A stretch of 37,191 nucleotides of DNA, taken from the IMG/VR virus record IMGVR_UViG_3300014775_000501, positions 1 through 37,191 of that record, one strand, 5' to 3'. The stretch comes from a virus. Its lineage: Duplodnaviria; Caudoviricetes. Below, in pieces: positions 35,386-37,191 of the stretch. The position numbers and the translations under genes are program-made. A model generated the notes under the pieces. It saw nothing but the letters and a program-made list of their open reading frames with translations. It was not told the origin of the DNA and did no database searches. How positions within the stretch are numbered: the stretch's first letter is position 1; every line of letters starts with the position of its first letter.

Positions 35386-35940
35386 ATGGCAGAATGTTTA
35401 ATAACAGCAGGATGGACTGGACCAAGTTGCGCAGATACTTTTAACGTTCCTGGTATTGAAAAAGACGAGATTTTATTTGCTAACAAATCAGAGATTTCAG
35501 CATTTTCTGAGACTGTTACGGGTGAGATTGACGGAATTACTTTCGATACTTACAAAGGATTCTATAGAGTAACTGTACACAAGGATACAGCGTCTTGGAC
35601 TGAGGAGTTACAAGTAGGAACTAACTCAGGATTTTACTATAACCAATCTTTTACTTTTAGAACTATTGACTCAGCTACTTCTATTAGAAACGCTATCAAT
35701 AACTTTGTAGGTACTTCTGTAGTAGCTATGGCTAAAGATAAGAATGGTAATTGGATTGTATTAGGAGAAACTGACGGTATTGAATTATCAGAGCAAACTA
35801 AAACAAGTGGAGCAGCACCAGGAGATGACACTGGAGATGTATTAACTTTCTCTGGAGTAAATAGAGGAAAAGCTAAGAAATTCTTCAAAACTGATGCAGC
35901 AACAACAGAAACAACAGTAGACGGTTACGTAGTTGGATAG
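35386..35940 (+). CDS. Major tail (tube) protein
   Basis: 184 aa, T/G-rich; KDKNGNW..LG...G.EL and TSGAAPGD..G..LTF.G pattern. Confidence 0.75.
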   Translation: MAECLITAGWTGPSCADTFNVPGIEKDEILFANKSEISAFSETVTGEIDGITFDTYKGFYRVTVHKDTASWTEELQVGTNSGFYYNQSFTFRTIDSATSIRNAINNFVGTSVVAMAKDKNGNWIVLGETDGIELSEQTKTSGAAPGDDTGDVLTFSGVNRGKAKKFFKTDAATTETTVDGYVVG

Positions 35941-35956
35941 TGATAGATGTGTATTT

Positions 35957-35990
35957 AAAGAGGGAGGTGTTTTAATATCTCCCTTTTTTT
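35957..35990 (+). terminator. Intrinsic terminator after the tail tube gene
   Basis: AGGGAGGTGTT-TT-AATATCTCCCT followed by a T run. Confidence 0.8.
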
Positions 35991-36015
35991 ATGTATTTTA
36001 ATTAAAAATTATATT

Positions 36016-36246
36016 ATGGCACGTAAAAAGAGACAAAGCGATACGGTTAAAAAAGCAATCGCAGAATTTAATCAAGAGGTATACACTGATTTCGAAGTAA
36101 AAGAAAGAAAGTGGAAGTTTAAGAATCCTAACAGAAAAGTAATTATAGGTAGAATTGAAATTATTCAAGACGACTTAGAAAGAAATCAAGAAATAGCTCA
36201 GTATTTAATCTCTAAAGGGTTAGAAGATCTTTTATGCTTCGAGTAA
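36016..36246 (+). CDS. Hypothetical protein heading the sugar-modification cassette
   Basis: 76-aa ORF overlapping the next gene. Confidence 0.6.
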   Translation: MARKKRQSDTVKKAIAEFNQEVYTDFEVKERKWKFKNPNRKVIIGRIEIIQDDLERNQEIAQYLISKGLEDLLCFE

Positions 36247-36911
36247 GACAGATTTATTATAAACCAACTCAACTACATTTTAATATGGGGGATACTAGTG
36301 ATTTTATTCCCCTTTTTAATAATAAGTCCGATCATCTTTTAGAATCTGGTGTAATCAAAAGAATGTACGAGGAAAAAGATCACTTACTAGATGAGTATTA
36401 TGGTGTAGTAAGTCATAAGTTCTATAAGAAAATACATAAAACTAGCTCATACGTTTTAGATCAAATAGAAAACTGTCCTACTAGACCTGATGTGTTTAGT
36501 TTTTTTGCTAAGAATCCTAAACTTAATTTAGTCAATCAAGGTAATTCATGGCATCCTTTATTTAAAGATATTTACTTACGTATATCTAAATTACTTGAAT
36601 GGGATATTGATATAGACAATCCTAAGCATAAAATGGAAGGTATTTACTCTAATCATTGGATAGCTAAGAGTTCAGTTTATGACGAGTACGTTAGAGATTG
36701 GTTAATTCCAGTTATTAATATTTGTGAGAAGGATAGAAAGCTTAAAAAGATGATTTGGAGCGATGCAAATTATATCTCACACGATAGGTTAAAACCAGAG
36801 CAGTGCGAAGCTATATTTAATAGACCGTACTACACTTATCATTGTTTTATTTTAGAAAGATTATTCCCAATATTTTGTTATATAAAAGAAAAGACTGTAG
36901 AGCATATATGA
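36234..36911 (+). CDS. Glycosyltransferase-like protein (DUF4422-like)
   Basis: QIYY, YYGVVSHKF, YSNHWIAK..VYDEY..WL and FILERL motifs. Confidence 0.55.
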   Translation: MLRVRQIYYKPTQLHFNMGDTSDFIPLFNNKSDHLLESGVIKRMYEEKDHLLDEYYGVVSHKFYKKIHKTSSYVLDQIENCPTRPDVFSFFAKNPKLNLVNQGNSWHPLFKDIYLRISKLLEWDIDIDNPKHKMEGIYSNHWIAKSSVYDEYVRDWLIPVINICEKDRKLKKMIWSDANYISHDRLKPEQCEAIFNRPYYTYHCFILERLFPIFCYIKEKTVEHI

Positions 36912-37191
36912 AATTCACGATACTAGTACCAGTTTGGAGGAGGTACGAAACGCTTAAACTATTTAATACTTGTATAGAACGACTTAAGGAAGATTACGAT
37001 ATAGAAGTAGTAGCTGTGGGTTCTGAGCCAGGAGATAAGCAAATATGTGAAGCTTTAAATTATAACTACGTACAAGCTCCTAATAATCCACTAGGAGGTA
37101 AATTAAACTACGGTTTAAAAGCGTGTAAAAGATTAGAAAGTGATGCTGTTTTAATGTTAGGTAGTGATGATATACTATCTAGCAACGTTAT
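36908..37191 (+). CDS. GT2-like glycosyltransferase, 5' part (continues to 668 across the join)
   Basis: ATGA overlap at 36908; MKFTILVPVWRRYETLKLF...; in frame with the 75..668 ORF. Confidence 0.8.
   Translation, partial: MKFTILVPVWRRYETLKLFNTCIERLKEDYDIEVVAVGSEPGDKQICEALNYNYVQAPNNPLGGKLNYGLKACKRLESDAVLMLGSDDILSSNV
36942..37191. repeat. Terminal direct repeat, copy 2
   Basis: Repeat of 1-250. Confidence 0.97.

Larger units (their letters stand above)
1..37191 (+). mobile_element. Apparently complete tailed bacteriophage genome (siphovirus-like, Bacteroidota host), circularly permuted, unit length 36,941 bp
   Basis: Terminase, portal, protease, capsid, tail tube, tape measure, lysin and replication genes are all present; the ends overlap by 250 bp; all genes are co-oriented. 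Confidence 0.95.

Noticed and set aside
3804-35888. All minus-strand ORFs in the track (e.g. 3804, 21398, 27899, 31218, 34065)
   Set aside because: They are antisense shadows of well-supported + strand genes, with no recognisable motifs
1-37191. tRNA genes, stop-codon reassignment, diversity-generating retroelement, and apparent scarcity of CCGG/GGCC
   Set aside because: No cloverleaf or reverse transcriptase was seen, genes are intact in the standard code, and k-mer avoidance cannot be counted reliably by eye

Overview
The window is an apparently complete, circularly permuted genome of an AT-rich tailed dsDNA phage. The unit length is 36,941 bp: bases 1-250 recur at 36942-37191, and the join cuts through a glycosyltransferase gene. 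All credible genes lie on the + strand. The likely host is Bacteroidota (probably Flavobacteriia), judged from TTTG-N19-21-TAnnTTTG promoters, A-rich starts without Shine-Dalgarno sequences, DUF4373- and DUF6712-like proteins, and a signal peptide followed by Gln. It looks siphovirus-like (tape measure and tail tube, no sheath recognised), and I found no integrase. Modules are: recombination/replication (ERF, YqaJ-like exonuclease, SSB-like protein, initiator with iterons, SF4 helicase, NinG), three DNA methyltransferases, terminase, tail, head, a sugar-modification cassette, portal/adaptor/fibre genes and lysis. Most notable: (1) a cassette of three glycosyltransferase-like genes plus an LpxA-like acyltransferase inside the virion-structure region, a candidate virion glycosylation/acylation system; (2) all three methyltransferases end in a sliding-clamp-type QxxLF motif; (3) a second iteron array matching the initiator-gene iterons lies directly behind terL; (4) a MazG-like pyrophosphatase is fused to a DnaA domain IV-like module; (5) a repeated late-promoter-like motif has one copy that coincides with a -1 frameshift site. 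All family assignments are from motif recognition by eye; no searches were run.
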